From: a virus
Direction: 5' to 3' (one strand)
IMG/VR virus record: IMGVR_UViG_3300009079_000013
Length of the DNA stretch: 64,000 bases
Positions 51,235 to 61,271 of this stretch are shown here, in pieces. The position numbers were made by a program, and so were the translations under genes. Position 1 is the first letter of the stretch, and every line of letters starts with the position of its first letter. The notes beneath the pieces are model-generated. The model was not told the origin of the DNA and made no database searches. It saw nothing but the letters and a program-made list of their open reading frames with translations.

Positions 51235-52774
51235 TATAAAATATGCAATAGTTACCGAAGGAGCAGATTTTAATTTTCCTTATCTTAGGGTGATGCTGAA
51301 TTCTCTCCTAAAGCATAATGGTTGGGTTAAAGACAATATTGTTATTATGACATGTGATTTAACACCTTTATCATCGCACAATAGAGAAATCTTAAAATCC
51401 ATTAATGATAAAATACAGTTTGTAGATATAGACTCTAAATACTTTTCTAATATAAAGATTAAAAATAAGAATCAACTTAATAGGATTTTAATTAGTCTAT
51501 ATAGGTTAAATTGCTTTAATTTAAAAACATTTGATCTAGCTCTTTATATCAGCAGTTATAATGTATGTACTTCAAGTATTGTATCTCTATTTGAAGAATA
51601 TTCTAATGTTAGCTTAGCTGACACTGGTGGGATGGCTCAAACTTCAGTAGGTTCAAATCAAAAAATATTAGGTAGTGAATTAAATAGCTCTGTAATGTTA
51701 ATTTCAAATCAGGTAACATCAGGTAATATGCTTGAAAAGTCACTTGGAAATATTAATAAAATCAGAAGATTGACCGATAAATCAATAGATCAAGTAATTC
51801 AAGATTATTTAAATTTAGAAAAAGTAGATTATAGTTTATTTGGTTTAAATTTAATAATAAAAAAAAGTAAATTTCCTGATTCTAAATTTAAAGATTATCA
51901 GGCTATTCAAAAAATGTCATGTATTATAAACATGGATATTGAATTATCAAAAAACAACAATGCTCGTTTTATGTTCAAACGAATAAATTCTATTTGGAAT
52001 AGTTATAATAAACAGGGAGATTGGGATACTGGAAATTTTTCAAACACTCCTAAAGATATTATAAACACTAATATTCGTAAATTTAAAGATGGAGATTTCC
52101 ATTCAAAATTTTGTGTTATGATAACTACATATAATAGACCCTTGGGTATTAATAGATTAACAGAGGAATTAAAAAAATTAGACTCCAATTGTAGAATAGT
52201 TGTAGTAGATGATGCATCAAATACCGACGTGGATTTAAATAATATCGATGAATATGTAAAACTTCCTAGAAATAATGGTAAGAAAGGCTGGTGGAAGACA
52301 GTGAATACTCTATGGAAAAAAGCTATCTCTAAAAACCATGAATATTATATAATGATGCCAGATGACGCTCTTCCAAAAGAATCCTTTTTTAACGAGGCTG
52401 AAAGGTTGTGGAAATCAATAGGAGGTCCAGTTAAAATAGCTTTACACTTGGCTAACAACAATAGAGAAAAAAACTGGACTAATTTTCCAAGGCGTGAGTA
52501 TTCTAGTGAAATATTTTTAACGCAAACTACTGAATTCAGTTTTATATGCAAAAGAGATTTTATAAGCTATACTATCCCTGAAATACCTTTAAACACTTGG
52601 GATAAAAACCCATTATTAGGATCCGGTGTAGGTCCTAGGTTAAACAGATATTGGGTAAAAAAAGGTAGGAAAATATATGGGGTAAAAAAATCGTTGATTA
52701 AAATAAATTTAGATTGTCAAGAAAGCGTAATGAACCCTAAAGAAAGAAAGAAAAATCCATGGATTATAAAATAA
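51221..52774 (+). CDS. Two-domain glycosyltransferase (GT8-like plus GT2-like)
   Basis: N-half VMLNSL..LNSSVM..DQ; C-half ITTYNRP, VVDDAS and PDD. Confidence 0.65.
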   Translation: MKKDDIKYAIVTEGADFNFPYLRVMLNSLLKHNGWVKDNIVIMTCDLTPLSSHNREILKSINDKIQFVDIDSKYFSNIKIKNKNQLNRILISLYRLNCFNLKTFDLALYISSYNVCTSSIVSLFEEYSNVSLADTGGMAQTSVGSNQKILGSELNSSVMLISNQVTSGNMLEKSLGNINKIRRLTDKSIDQVIQDYLNLEKVDYSLFGLNLIIKKSKFPDSKFKDYQAIQKMSCIINMDIELSKNNNARFMFKRINSIWNSYNKQGDWDTGNFSNTPKDIINTNIRKFKDGDFHSKFCVMITTYNRPLGINRLTEELKKLDSNCRIVVVDDASNTDVDLNNIDEYVKLPRNNGKKGWWKTVNTLWKKAISKNHEYYIMMPDDALPKESFFNEAERLWKSIGGPVKIALHLANNNREKNWTNFPRREYSSEIFLTQTTEFSFICKRDFISYTIPEIPLNTWDKNPLLGSGVGPRLNRYWVKKGRKIYGVKKSLIKINLDCQESVMNPKERKKNPWIIK

Positions 52775-53460
52775 AAAATAATATGATTGTAAAACTAACA
52801 GCCTATAATGGAAAAACAGCTAATTTAGTAATAAGGGATGAAAATGAACATATTCAAAGATGTTGGAAAGGTTTAAAATTTTATGAATCTCATAAAGGTG
52901 GAATATTATCATATATGATGAATAATTTAGATAAGTATTCTAATAAAAAATGCTTAGATATAGGGGCATGTATAGGTAATCATACAATTTATTTTTCAAA
53001 AATATTAGGATGTGAAGTAACAAGTTTTGAACCCTCTCAGGAATCATACGATCACTTATTAGAAAATTGCAAATTAAATGATATATCTCCTATTTTACAT
53101 AATATTGCTTTAGGTGAAGAAAAAAAGACTGCTGGGCTTAGAAATAATAGTAAAAAACATTTCAATATAGGAATGAATCAAGTCGTTGAAGGTGAAGGCA
53201 TTCAGGTTGAAAAGCTAGATAGCATGGTAGAAGGTCAATTTGATTTTATTAAGATAGATGTTGAGCATTATAACATTCCTTTATTAAAAGGTGCTAAGGA
53301 AACACTAACATCTCAAGTAAAATGTGACGTATTCATAGAATGTGAAACAGATTCTATATTAAAAGAAACTGATAACATAATGAAATCATATGGATATGTT
53401 AGAAACCTTAAAATTAAATTAAACCATACTCCAACATATCTTTGGACAAAAAACAATTAA
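52759..53460 (+). CDS. FkbM-family methyltransferase
   Basis: LDIGACIGNHT, FEP, ALG and IKIDVE. Confidence 0.85.
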   Translation: MDYKIKNNMIVKLTAYNGKTANLVIRDENEHIQRCWKGLKFYESHKGGILSYMMNNLDKYSNKKCLDIGACIGNHTIYFSKILGCEVTSFEPSQESYDHLLENCKLNDISPILHNIALGEEKKTAGLRNNSKKHFNIGMNQVVEGEGIQVEKLDSMVEGQFDFIKIDVEHYNIPLLKGAKETLTSQVKCDVFIECETDSILKETDNIMKSYGYVRNLKIKLNHTPTYLWTKNN

Positions 53461-54146
53461 ACAATATGATTATAGCTGGAATGGCAACTTTGCCGGAAAG
53501 ATTAAACACTTTAGAATTAGTTTTAGACAATTTGCATCCACAAGTCGATGTAATTGAATTGGCTTTAAATGGACATGCAGAAATCCCAAAGCTTCTTTCT
53601 AAATATCCCAAGGTTATTCCAAACCTAACAACTAATGAAAAAGGAGACGCTAATAAATTTTTAAACGTTAGTAAATATAAAGACGATTATTATTTTTCAA
53701 CAGATGATGATATTTTATATCCTTCTAATTATGTGTCTACATATATAAAAGAAATAGACAAACATAAATCATTAATAACTATACATGGATCAGTTATTCC
53801 TCCTCGTAAAATATTAAGTTATTATAAAGGTAGAAAAATGAAAGCACATTGCTTAAATTCATGCGAAGAGGAAATAGTCCATATTCCTGGATCAGGTGTA
53901 TCTGGTTTTCATACTTCATTTTTAAAAATAGATTATGAAAATGGATTCCCTAATGCAAATATGGCTGATATCTTTGTAGGTATTCAATGCCAACAACAAA
54001 ATGTTAAATGTATATCGATTAAACACGCTAAGGAATGGATTAAAGGAGGTCTTAATGAAGGTAGAAAAACAATATGGGAAACTCATAGGCATGACGATAG
54101 GATTCAAACTAGCCATATAAACAAAATAACTTGGAAAAATATATGA
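53442..54146 (+). CDS. GT-A fold glycosyltransferase
   Basis: GDANKF, TDDDILYP and NMADI. Confidence 0.7.
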   Translation: MDKKQLNNMIIAGMATLPERLNTLELVLDNLHPQVDVIELALNGHAEIPKLLSKYPKVIPNLTTNEKGDANKFLNVSKYKDDYYFSTDDDILYPSNYVSTYIKEIDKHKSLITIHGSVIPPRKILSYYKGRKMKAHCLNSCEEEIVHIPGSGVSGFHTSFLKIDYENGFPNANMADIFVGIQCQQQNVKCISIKHAKEWIKGGLNEGRKTIWETHRHDDRIQTSHINKITWKNI

Positions 54147-54643
54147 GTGGAAGTGTTAAAATAAATAGCATTCATGAAAGTGCTAAAATAGGAAAAAACG
54201 TTGAAATAGGAGAGTTTTGCGTAATCGAAGAAGGCGTTGAAATAGGAGACAACACTGTCATTAGAAATTATGTAGAGCTTAGAAAAAATACAATAATTGG
54301 ATCTGATTGTTACATAGACTCTAGAGTGTCTACATCAGGTAATTGTAAAATAGGAAACAACGTGACACTAAGATATGATGTAATAATAGCACGAGGTGTT
54401 GAAATTGGAGATGGAACTTATATATGTCCTAGAGTAATGACAAATAATTTAGATTCTGGAAAAACTCAAATAGGAGGTGCTAAAATAGGTAAAAAGTGTT
54501 TTATCGGAACAAATACAGTTTTACAGCATGGTATAGAAATCACTGACGGTGTTACAACTGGATCAATGTCATTTGTAAATAAAGATATAACAGAAAAAGG
54601 AATCTACTTTGGAAATCCTGCTAAAAAATACGAAAAGAAATAA
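54131..54643 (+). CDS. Hexapeptide-repeat acetyltransferase
   Basis: LbH repeats and YFGNPAK. Confidence 0.85.
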   Translation: MEKYMSGSVKINSIHESAKIGKNVEIGEFCVIEEGVEIGDNTVIRNYVELRKNTIIGSDCYIDSRVSTSGNCKIGNNVTLRYDVIIARGVEIGDGTYICPRVMTNNLDSGKTQIGGAKIGKKCFIGTNTVLQHGIEITDGVTTGSMSFVNKDITEKGIYFGNPAKKYEKK

Positions 54644-55140
54644 TGAATACGTGGAGTCAAGATGAAAACGGGAATAAGATACATATCACCGCTATAGTTG
54701 GTGAAAATGTAGAACTTGGTAAAAATAATATCATATATCCATATGCTGTCATAGGTCTACCAGGTTTCATTAGAGATGCCAATAACGCAACCGGTAAAGT
54801 TATAATAGGAAATGGAAACAAGATAGGAGCGCATACGTCTATTATGATAGGTCAAGAAGGTATTACTAAAATAGGAGATAATAATCTACTTATGAATTAT
54901 GTTAATATAGGACATGATTGTGAAATAGGTAATAATAACGAAATAGGCGCGGGAACTGTTGTAGCTGGATGGGCTAAGATTGGAAACAATAATATGATTA
55001 AAATTAGATGTACTATTAGAAATCGCAAAATAATTGGAAATGATAATATCATAGGCATGTGTTCAAATGTAACTAAGGATTTTGATATAGACAGCTGGTT
55101 GATTTATGGAACCCCCGCAAAGCAAATAAAATTGAAATGA
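54643..55140 (+). CDS. Hexapeptide-repeat acyltransferase (LpxA/NeuD-like)
   Basis: IGHDCEIG and YGTPAK. Confidence 0.8.
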   Translation: MNTWSQDENGNKIHITAIVGENVELGKNNIIYPYAVIGLPGFIRDANNATGKVIIGNGNKIGAHTSIMIGQEGITKIGDNNLLMNYVNIGHDCEIGNNNEIGAGTVVAGWAKIGNNNMIKIRCTIRNRKIIGNDNIIGMCSNVTKDFDIDSWLIYGTPAKQIKLK

Positions 55141-55841
55141 TAAAACCGAAAGTACTAGTTACAATGCCAGCGTATAACGCAGCGAGATTTTTAAATGAAT
55201 CTATTCCTTCTATTTTAAATCAAACGGGAGTAGACGTATCCCTATTTGTAATTGATGATGCATCCACTGACAAAACATATGAAATAGCAAAAAGCTATAA
55301 AGAAGTTACTGTCATGAGAAATAAAACTAACATGGGTAATTATTACTCCGTTAATCTAGTAATGTACACTTTAAAAAATCAAGATTTTGATTGGGATTAT
55401 CATGTTTATCACGGCGCAGATGATGTTTCTGATCTAAATAGATTTAGTAAACAGTTAAAGTTATTTAATAAACCCGAAACCCTAGCCGTTGGCTGTGGAT
55501 TCAAAAGAGTAGATTTTAGGACAAAAAAGATTCTTTCAGCAAATAGAAAAACTAATGAATCAATGCTGATTTTTAAAAAAGAAATGCTTGATTTAGTAGG
55601 CTATCGTGATTCTGGAAGAGCTGGGTGTGATACAGAATATAAAAGAAGAATCCAATTGGCTAAACCGGGCTGTATAGACTCGCTAAATGAAATTTTACTT
55701 ACTGCTTATTTACACGATGATAATCTAACTAAGAGGATTCCAATAGGTGGAACCTTTAGAAAAAATTATGTAGCAAGTTTCACACGAGAACATCAGGAAA
55801 TGAAAAGTAAAAATAACTTCTATAAAGATTTCACACTATGA
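55137..55841 (+). CDS. Glycosyltransferase family 2
   Basis: MPAYNA, IDDASTD and GADD. Confidence 0.85.
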   Translation: MIKPKVLVTMPAYNAARFLNESIPSILNQTGVDVSLFVIDDASTDKTYEIAKSYKEVTVMRNKTNMGNYYSVNLVMYTLKNQDFDWDYHVYHGADDVSDLNRFSKQLKLFNKPETLAVGCGFKRVDFRTKKILSANRKTNESMLIFKKEMLDLVGYRDSGRAGCDTEYKRRIQLAKPGCIDSLNEILLTAYLHDDNLTKRIPIGGTFRKNYVASFTREHQEMKSKNNFYKDFTL

Positions 55842-56749
55842 AAAATAACAAACAAACGAAAAATTTTGCAATAATTGGAGCATCTGGATATATTGCTCCT
55901 CGCCACATGAAAGCTATAGAAGAAACTGGAAACAATCTAGTTGCAATATTAGATAAAAATGATAGCGTTGGAATAATTGATACGTATTTTCCAAAAGCAG
56001 AACTTTTCTTAGAATCTGAAATGTTTGATCGTCATATGTATAAGTTAAAAGATACTGATCGTAAAATAGATTACATATCAATATGTTCTCCTAATTATCT
56101 ACACGATGCTCATATTAGACTTGCGCTAAGAAATGACGCAGATGTTATTTGTGAAAAACCTCTAGTATTGAACCCTTGGAATATAGATGAACTAATGAAA
56201 TTAGAAATTGAAACTGGTAAGCAAATTAACAATATTCTACAGCTACGTTTGCATCCATCGGTTATTGAATTAAAAGAAAAGATAGATAATGGGCCTTCTG
56301 ATAAAACGTATGAAGTTACTTTAGATTATATTACAGGTCGAGGTAATTGGTATTTGAGATCCTGGAAAAATAAAATGTCAAAATCGGGAGGAATTGCTAC
56401 TAATATAGGAATTCATTTCTTTGACATGCTCATTTGGATATTTGGAAATGTTAAAAATTCTACTTCTAATCATTCTGAAACGAGTGCTAGTGGATATCTA
56501 GAACTAGATCGGGCTAATGTGACATGGAAATTGAGCATTGATTCTGATGATTTACCCTTAGAATATAAACAAAAGGGGTTGCCAGTATACCGTTCAATTT
56601 GCATAGATGATAGTTCATTTGAATTCAGCACAGGATTTACTGATCTGCACACTAAATCGTATGAAAAAATACTAATAGGAGAAGGATTTAAATTAAGAGA
56701 CGCTATTCCAAGTGTTGAATTAGCTTACAAAATAAGAAATAATAAGTAA
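55838..56749 (+). CDS. Gfo/Idh/MocA oxidoreductase (WbpB/WlbA-like UDP-GlcNAcA 3-dehydrogenase)
   Basis: GASGYIAPRH, CSPNYLH, CEKPL, QLRLHP, GGIATNIGIHFFD and FTDLHT. Confidence 0.88.
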   Translation: MKNNKQTKNFAIIGASGYIAPRHMKAIEETGNNLVAILDKNDSVGIIDTYFPKAELFLESEMFDRHMYKLKDTDRKIDYISICSPNYLHDAHIRLALRNDADVICEKPLVLNPWNIDELMKLEIETGKQINNILQLRLHPSVIELKEKIDNGPSDKTYEVTLDYITGRGNWYLRSWKNKMSKSGGIATNIGIHFFDMLIWIFGNVKNSTSNHSETSASGYLELDRANVTWKLSIDSDDLPLEYKQKGLPVYRSICIDDSSFEFSTGFTDLHTKSYEKILIGEGFKLRDAIPSVELAYKIRNNK

Positions 56750-57579
56750 TGAAATTAGGAGTATCATATACTGTATTTGATGGAATAGAACTATTGGAAT
56801 ATTCTATAAAGCAAATAAGAGAACACGTTGATTTTATACACGTAGCATATCAGGATATTTCATGGTTTGGATCACAGATGTCACAGAGTGATAAAGACAT
56901 ACTAAGTAGGCTCCATAGAAAAAAACTAATCAACTCATTAGATAAATTCTCTGATTTCAAAAATCTAAATAGAGCATGTGCATCTAATATACAAACATCT
57001 AAGGCTTTTGAAATGCGTAAAAGACAATTTGGATTAGACGCATGTGTTAAGCAGGGTTGTACTCATTTTATATCAATGGACGTTGATGAATTTTATAAAG
57101 CCGATGAGTTTAAAAATGCCAAAGATATCATCATAGAACGTAATATCACAAGAAGTTCATGTTCATTTATAAATTATGTTAATCTCCCAATATATCATAG
57201 AGGATATGATAGTTCGTCAGTTCCTTTTATATGCAAAGTCAATGCTTCCTCTAGGATGAGCAAATCGTTCTTTACTAGATGCGACCCTACTAGGGGAATA
57301 AACGCAATTGCTAAAGGCGGTGATGTGAGGCTACCTATATCAAATATAACTATGCACCACATGGAAACTATTAGAAAGGATCTCAATAAAAAATACACAT
57401 CTACTACAAGAGCCGTGTTTAATAGAGCTAGAACTAGTGAATTGGTAGACAGTATAAAACTAGTGAATGAAGATACCAAGACTTTTGGATTTAATAAAAT
57501 TATATTTCCAAAAACCCCTAATGTATCTCTTAAAACTGTAGATAACATATTTAAAATTCCATATGCAACTTGGCAATAA
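56749..57579 (+). CDS. GT2-like glycosyltransferase
   Basis: FDGIELL, KRQFGL and MDVDEFY. Confidence 0.6.
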   Translation: MKLGVSYTVFDGIELLEYSIKQIREHVDFIHVAYQDISWFGSQMSQSDKDILSRLHRKKLINSLDKFSDFKNLNRACASNIQTSKAFEMRKRQFGLDACVKQGCTHFISMDVDEFYKADEFKNAKDIIIERNITRSSCSFINYVNLPIYHRGYDSSSVPFICKVNASSRMSKSFFTRCDPTRGINAIAKGGDVRLPISNITMHHMETIRKDLNKKYTSTTRAVFNRARTSELVDSIKLVNEDTKTFGFNKIIFPKTPNVSLKTVDNIFKIPYATWQ

Positions 57580-57588
57580 CATAAACGC

Positions 57589-58440
57589 ATGCAACACACA
57601 AAAATAATAGCAGAAATAGGAATCAATTTTGCATATGGTAACGACCGGTCTAAATTCTTAGACAATGCAAAAAGACTAATCGACGTAGCCGTTGTTGCAG
57701 GTTGTGACTGGGTTAAATTCCAAAAGAGATCACCAGATCACTGTGTTCCAGAAGAACAAAAAACTAAACCTAAGAGAGTTCCATGGAGAACTGAAGAAAC
57801 CACCTATATTCAATACAAACATGACATCGAGTTCAATGAGGAACAGTGGCAAGAATTATATGCATATTGCGAAGATAAACCGATTGGGCTATTCGCATCA
57901 GTATGGGATAAGCCTTCTGTTGATTTTATGATGCGCATGTGTCCACAGATAGCTAAGATACCGTCTGCTTTAATCACTGATATCGATTTATGTTCATATG
58001 CAGATCATAAATTTGATCATATGATAGTAAGTACCGGAATGAGTACTGAAGAAGAAGTGGTTAGATGCATGGACGCAATCCAACCTGATATTGTAATGCA
58101 CACTAATTCCAGTTACCCATCCAATGTAGGTGAACTCAGGTTAGAATACATAACGTGGCTAAAAGACAAATATGGACATAATACTGATATCGGTTATTCT
58201 GGACATGAATATGGTTTAACAACCACAATGGCTGCAGTGACTCTTGGAGCAACGTGGGTTGAAAGACATATTACTTTAGACAGAACTAATTGGGGAAGCG
58301 ATCAAGAGTCCTCAGTTGAACCTAGCGGACTAATGAAGTTGGTTAAAGGAATACGCGATATTGAAAGAGCAATGGGAGGATACGGTCCAAGATCAGTAAT
58401 TGGTTCAGAACTGGCTAAAATGAAATCTCTTAGGAAATAG
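57589..58440 (+). CDS. neuB: Nonulosonic acid synthase (NeuB family, no antifreeze-like domain)
   Basis: IIAEIGIN, VKFQKR, SVWD, KIPS, STGMS, SSYP, GYSGHE and ERHITLDR. Confidence 0.92.
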   Translation: MQHTKIIAEIGINFAYGNDRSKFLDNAKRLIDVAVVAGCDWVKFQKRSPDHCVPEEQKTKPKRVPWRTEETTYIQYKHDIEFNEEQWQELYAYCEDKPIGLFASVWDKPSVDFMMRMCPQIAKIPSALITDIDLCSYADHKFDHMIVSTGMSTEEEVVRCMDAIQPDIVMHTNSSYPSNVGELRLEYITWLKDKYGHNTDIGYSGHEYGLTTTMAAVTLGATWVERHITLDRTNWGSDQESSVEPSGLMKLVKGIRDIERAMGGYGPRSVIGSELAKMKSLRK

Positions 58441-58495
58441 TAAAAGCATTTATTAAGTCAGGTAAAGTGAATGCTTGCGGAAAACTTATAATTTC

Positions 58496-59254
58496 TTAAT
58501 ATTTAGCCATTTCTTTCCACTTAGAAAGTACATATTTTTCTATTTCTTTACCAAGTAGTGTAGAAGGTCTAAAAGCCATTTCACCTGCGTAAAGTTTGTC
58601 CTCTTTTTTATTGTAAAAGAAATCTATTCTAAAGAAATCTATCTTTAATTCTTTTGCTATGGCTTTACAAATGTCATATTCTTTATCCCAATTAAAATAA
58701 GTATTGCTTTTGTCTATCATATCTACTCTATGCCATTCTTTTGATCCTTTTCTTAAATCACCAACTATTGGACATCCATATAGAACAAATACTTTAAATT
58801 CATAATCGTATTCGATATATTCTTCTACTATTATTCCTTTTTCAGTTTGTTTCATCATCTCAGGTTCAGTTGCTCTTGATGAAGACTTTAAACATTCCCT
58901 AAGTTTTCTATCTACTTTTTTAAAGTCTTTATCATTAATAAAAACTCCATCGTTTTCTGACATATGAGCAGGTTTAGCAACATACCGTTCCCTTAATGCA
59001 TGTGAAATATCAGAATCTTTAGTAGAATAACAATATAATGTAGGTACGTTTAAACCATGTTTTTCAAAAAATTTTTTAACTTCATACTTATTATAAAGTT
59101 TTTTCATATTTATACATTCTATTTTGTTTTTACGCCTTAGCGTTAACATATAATTATCTTCAATATGAGTTTTATACCTAGTGTGAATGTACGAACAGTC
59201 AAATTCAGGCGACCATTGAGTTAAGCTAGACGGTAAATAATTATAATATTTCAT
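58496..59254 (-). CDS. ATP-grasp ligase (TupA-like)
   Basis: KYEVKKF, VAKPAHMS, IIVEEYI, EFKVF, FRIDFF and YAGEMAFRP. Confidence 0.75.
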   Translation of the reverse strand: MKYYNYLPSSLTQWSPEFDCSYIHTRYKTHIEDNYMLTLRRKNKIECINMKKLYNKYEVKKFFEKHGLNVPTLYCYSTKDSDISHALRERYVAKPAHMSENDGVFINDKDFKKVDRKLRECLKSSSRATEPEMMKQTEKGIIVEEYIEYDYEFKVFVLYGCPIVGDLRKGSKEWHRVDMIDKSNTYFNWDKEYDICKAIAKELKIDFFRIDFFYNKKEDKLYAGEMAFRPSTLLGKEIEKYVLSKWKEMAKY

Positions 59255-59873
59255 AACTTACACTTATCGATTCTCCCTTTTTTATTTTTCTTTTTGATTT
59301 TAAACGTAACTCTTTATCTTTTTTAAAGATATTACAATTAGGCGTAGCAGATTCTATTAAATATCCTCCTACTGGATTAGGTTCGTATAAATCAGATTTA
59401 CTATAATAGCTATGAGAATACCCAAAATCAAAATCTTTTACAATATCTTTAGTTGCATAAAGAGTATAGGCCCCATCTCTTTCCTCTATAGAAACACAAT
59501 CCGGTAAAGGAACGTAATGTTTATTTTTTTTAGTATCTGGTTTTGTAGGGTCATACCAACTATACCTTAATAAAATTTCTTCACCTTTTTCTATATCTTT
59601 AGTTGTTATTAATTCAGTAACCGAACCTATTCCATTTGTAAATTCTTTTTTTACTATAGGTAACCATGCGTTTTTATTGACCGAGTAATTAAAAAAACCA
59701 ACTAAGGGGTTTCTTAAATGTTTAACTGGTCTTTCGTTATAGTCATAGTAATGACAGATGCCTAGATTACTACCCTTTGGAATAAATTTTGTTGCAAAAA
59801 CCCCAAGTCCATGCAAAGGTGATTCTTTTAGTTCTAAACCCTCCGGTATGATATTTCCTTTTTTAATATTCAT
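59241..59873 (-). CDS. Tandem SET-domain protein (lysine methyltransferase-like)
   Basis: SPLHGLGVFATKFIPKG..FFNYS..KDIEKGEEILLRY, then a second, degenerate SET (LYATKDI..PNC..IKKGESISVSY). Confidence 0.8.
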   Translation of the reverse strand: MNIKKGNIIPEGLELKESPLHGLGVFATKFIPKGSNLGICHYYDYNERPVKHLRNPLVGFFNYSVNKNAWLPIVKKEFTNGIGSVTELITTKDIEKGEEILLRYSWYDPTKPDTKKNKHYVPLPDCVSIEERDGAYTLYATKDIVKDFDFGYSHSYYSKSDLYEPNPVGGYLIESATPNCNIFKKDKELRLKSKRKIKKGESISVSYEIL

Positions 59874-60442
59874 TTCTCATCATACACCCAGAACGGTTGA
59901 TTTTCCATCCAACTAACAGGTAACTTGTAACGCTTATATTTAGCTCCACTGAAGGGTTTATATGATATTATAGATATTTCAGGGTGTTCACCTATGATCT
60001 TATTAAAAATATCTTCAAAACTATTTTTATCAAAACAGCAATTACTCATCCATATTAAGTCAGTTGATTTAAATTCAAATTTATATAAATCATCTACATC
60101 TAATGATATATTAGATAAATTATATTTTTTTATTAGAGATTTTCCAAATCTTATTCTACCTCTATGTATATCTATTCCTAAAGTTTCTATATCTGGATAT
60201 TTGTCATTAAAGTAAAAATTCATCCACCCTATGCTTGCGCCAACAACTACGAATCTATCGTACTTTTTACTAACTGAATCTATTAGCGTTATAGCTGTTT
60301 CATATGGAGTAGTCCCATATGTAAAATCTTTATAGGAAAGTGCATTATTTGAAGAAATCATATGTTCAATATGTCTCTTATCCTCGCTTCTCATATTTTT
60401 AATATAATCTTCTAAGTCTTTTAATATATTTAAGTTTTTCAT
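59870..60442 (-). CDS. DOT1-like class I SAM-dependent methyltransferase
   Basis: YGTT, FVVVGASIG, GIDI, IWMSNCCF, IISYKPF and VSWM..PFWVY. ATAAATA at 60448-60454. Confidence 0.65.
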   Translation of the reverse strand: MKNLNILKDLEDYIKNMRSEDKRHIEHMISSNNALSYKDFTYGTTPYETAITLIDSVSKKYDRFVVVGASIGWMNFYFNDKYPDIETLGIDIHRGRIRFGKSLIKKYNLSNISLDVDDLYKFEFKSTDLIWMSNCCFDKNSFEDIFNKIIGEHPEISIISYKPFSGAKYKRYKLPVSWMENQPFWVYDEK

Positions 60443-60533
60443 ATTATTATTTATTCCTTCTTATTTTTTACATAATCAGCGTGTGCACAAAACCTATTGA
60501 ATATACATCAGTACTATATAAAAAATATAATTT

Positions 60534-61238
60534 ATGAAATGGCAAGGCTATGATTGGCAAGTGGGTGAAAGATGGGGATTAATGCACCCTGAAAAAACAG
60601 AATGTTGGTATGATAAAAGCGCAGTTAAAATAATAGATGATGAATTATACTTAAAGACACACTATAACCCTAAAAAAATAGATGGAGTAATTTCACCATT
60701 CGGAGTAGGTTTGATAAACTGTACAACTAAATTTAAACATGGTAGATTTGACATAGATATTAAACTTCCAAAGGGACCTAGTTTATGGCCAGCTTTTTGG
60801 ATGTGGGCCTTTGAGTCATGGCCCCCTGAGATAGATGTTTTCGAAGCATATTCAAATCATAAAGGAAGCTATTTTAATTGGAATATAAATGCTTTACTAG
60901 GAGATTTCTGGAAAGTGCAAACGAATGTTCATCTAGGAAAATCTCCTGATAATTACATGATTGGAGCAAAAGAACATTGGCTGGGCTGGAAATGTCCAAG
61001 CAAAGATTTTCATACATATAGTGTAGAATGGTTCCCTCATGGAATATTTATATATTTCGATAATAAACTAGTTAGAGAAATATTAGATGAAAATATATTG
61101 TCTCAATTAAATGACAAAACAATGAATGTAGTTATAAATAATAGTATTAAGAAAGAACATAATATACCTGAAAATAAAACAGTTGTTTCAACTATGATAT
61201 GTAAAAACTTTAGATATTCTGAATATTATGGAGATTAA
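60534..61238 (+). CDS. Glycoside hydrolase family 16
   Basis: LWPAFWM, EIDVFE and FHTYSVEW. Confidence 0.85.
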   Translation: MKWQGYDWQVGERWGLMHPEKTECWYDKSAVKIIDDELYLKTHYNPKKIDGVISPFGVGLINCTTKFKHGRFDIDIKLPKGPSLWPAFWMWAFESWPPEIDVFEAYSNHKGSYFNWNINALLGDFWKVQTNVHLGKSPDNYMIGAKEHWLGWKCPSKDFHTYSVEWFPHGIFIYFDNKLVREILDENILSQLNDKTMNVVINNSIKKEHNIPENKTVVSTMICKNFRYSEYYGD

Positions 61239-61271
61239 TGACAAATAATAATTATAAAAAATCCTAAACCT

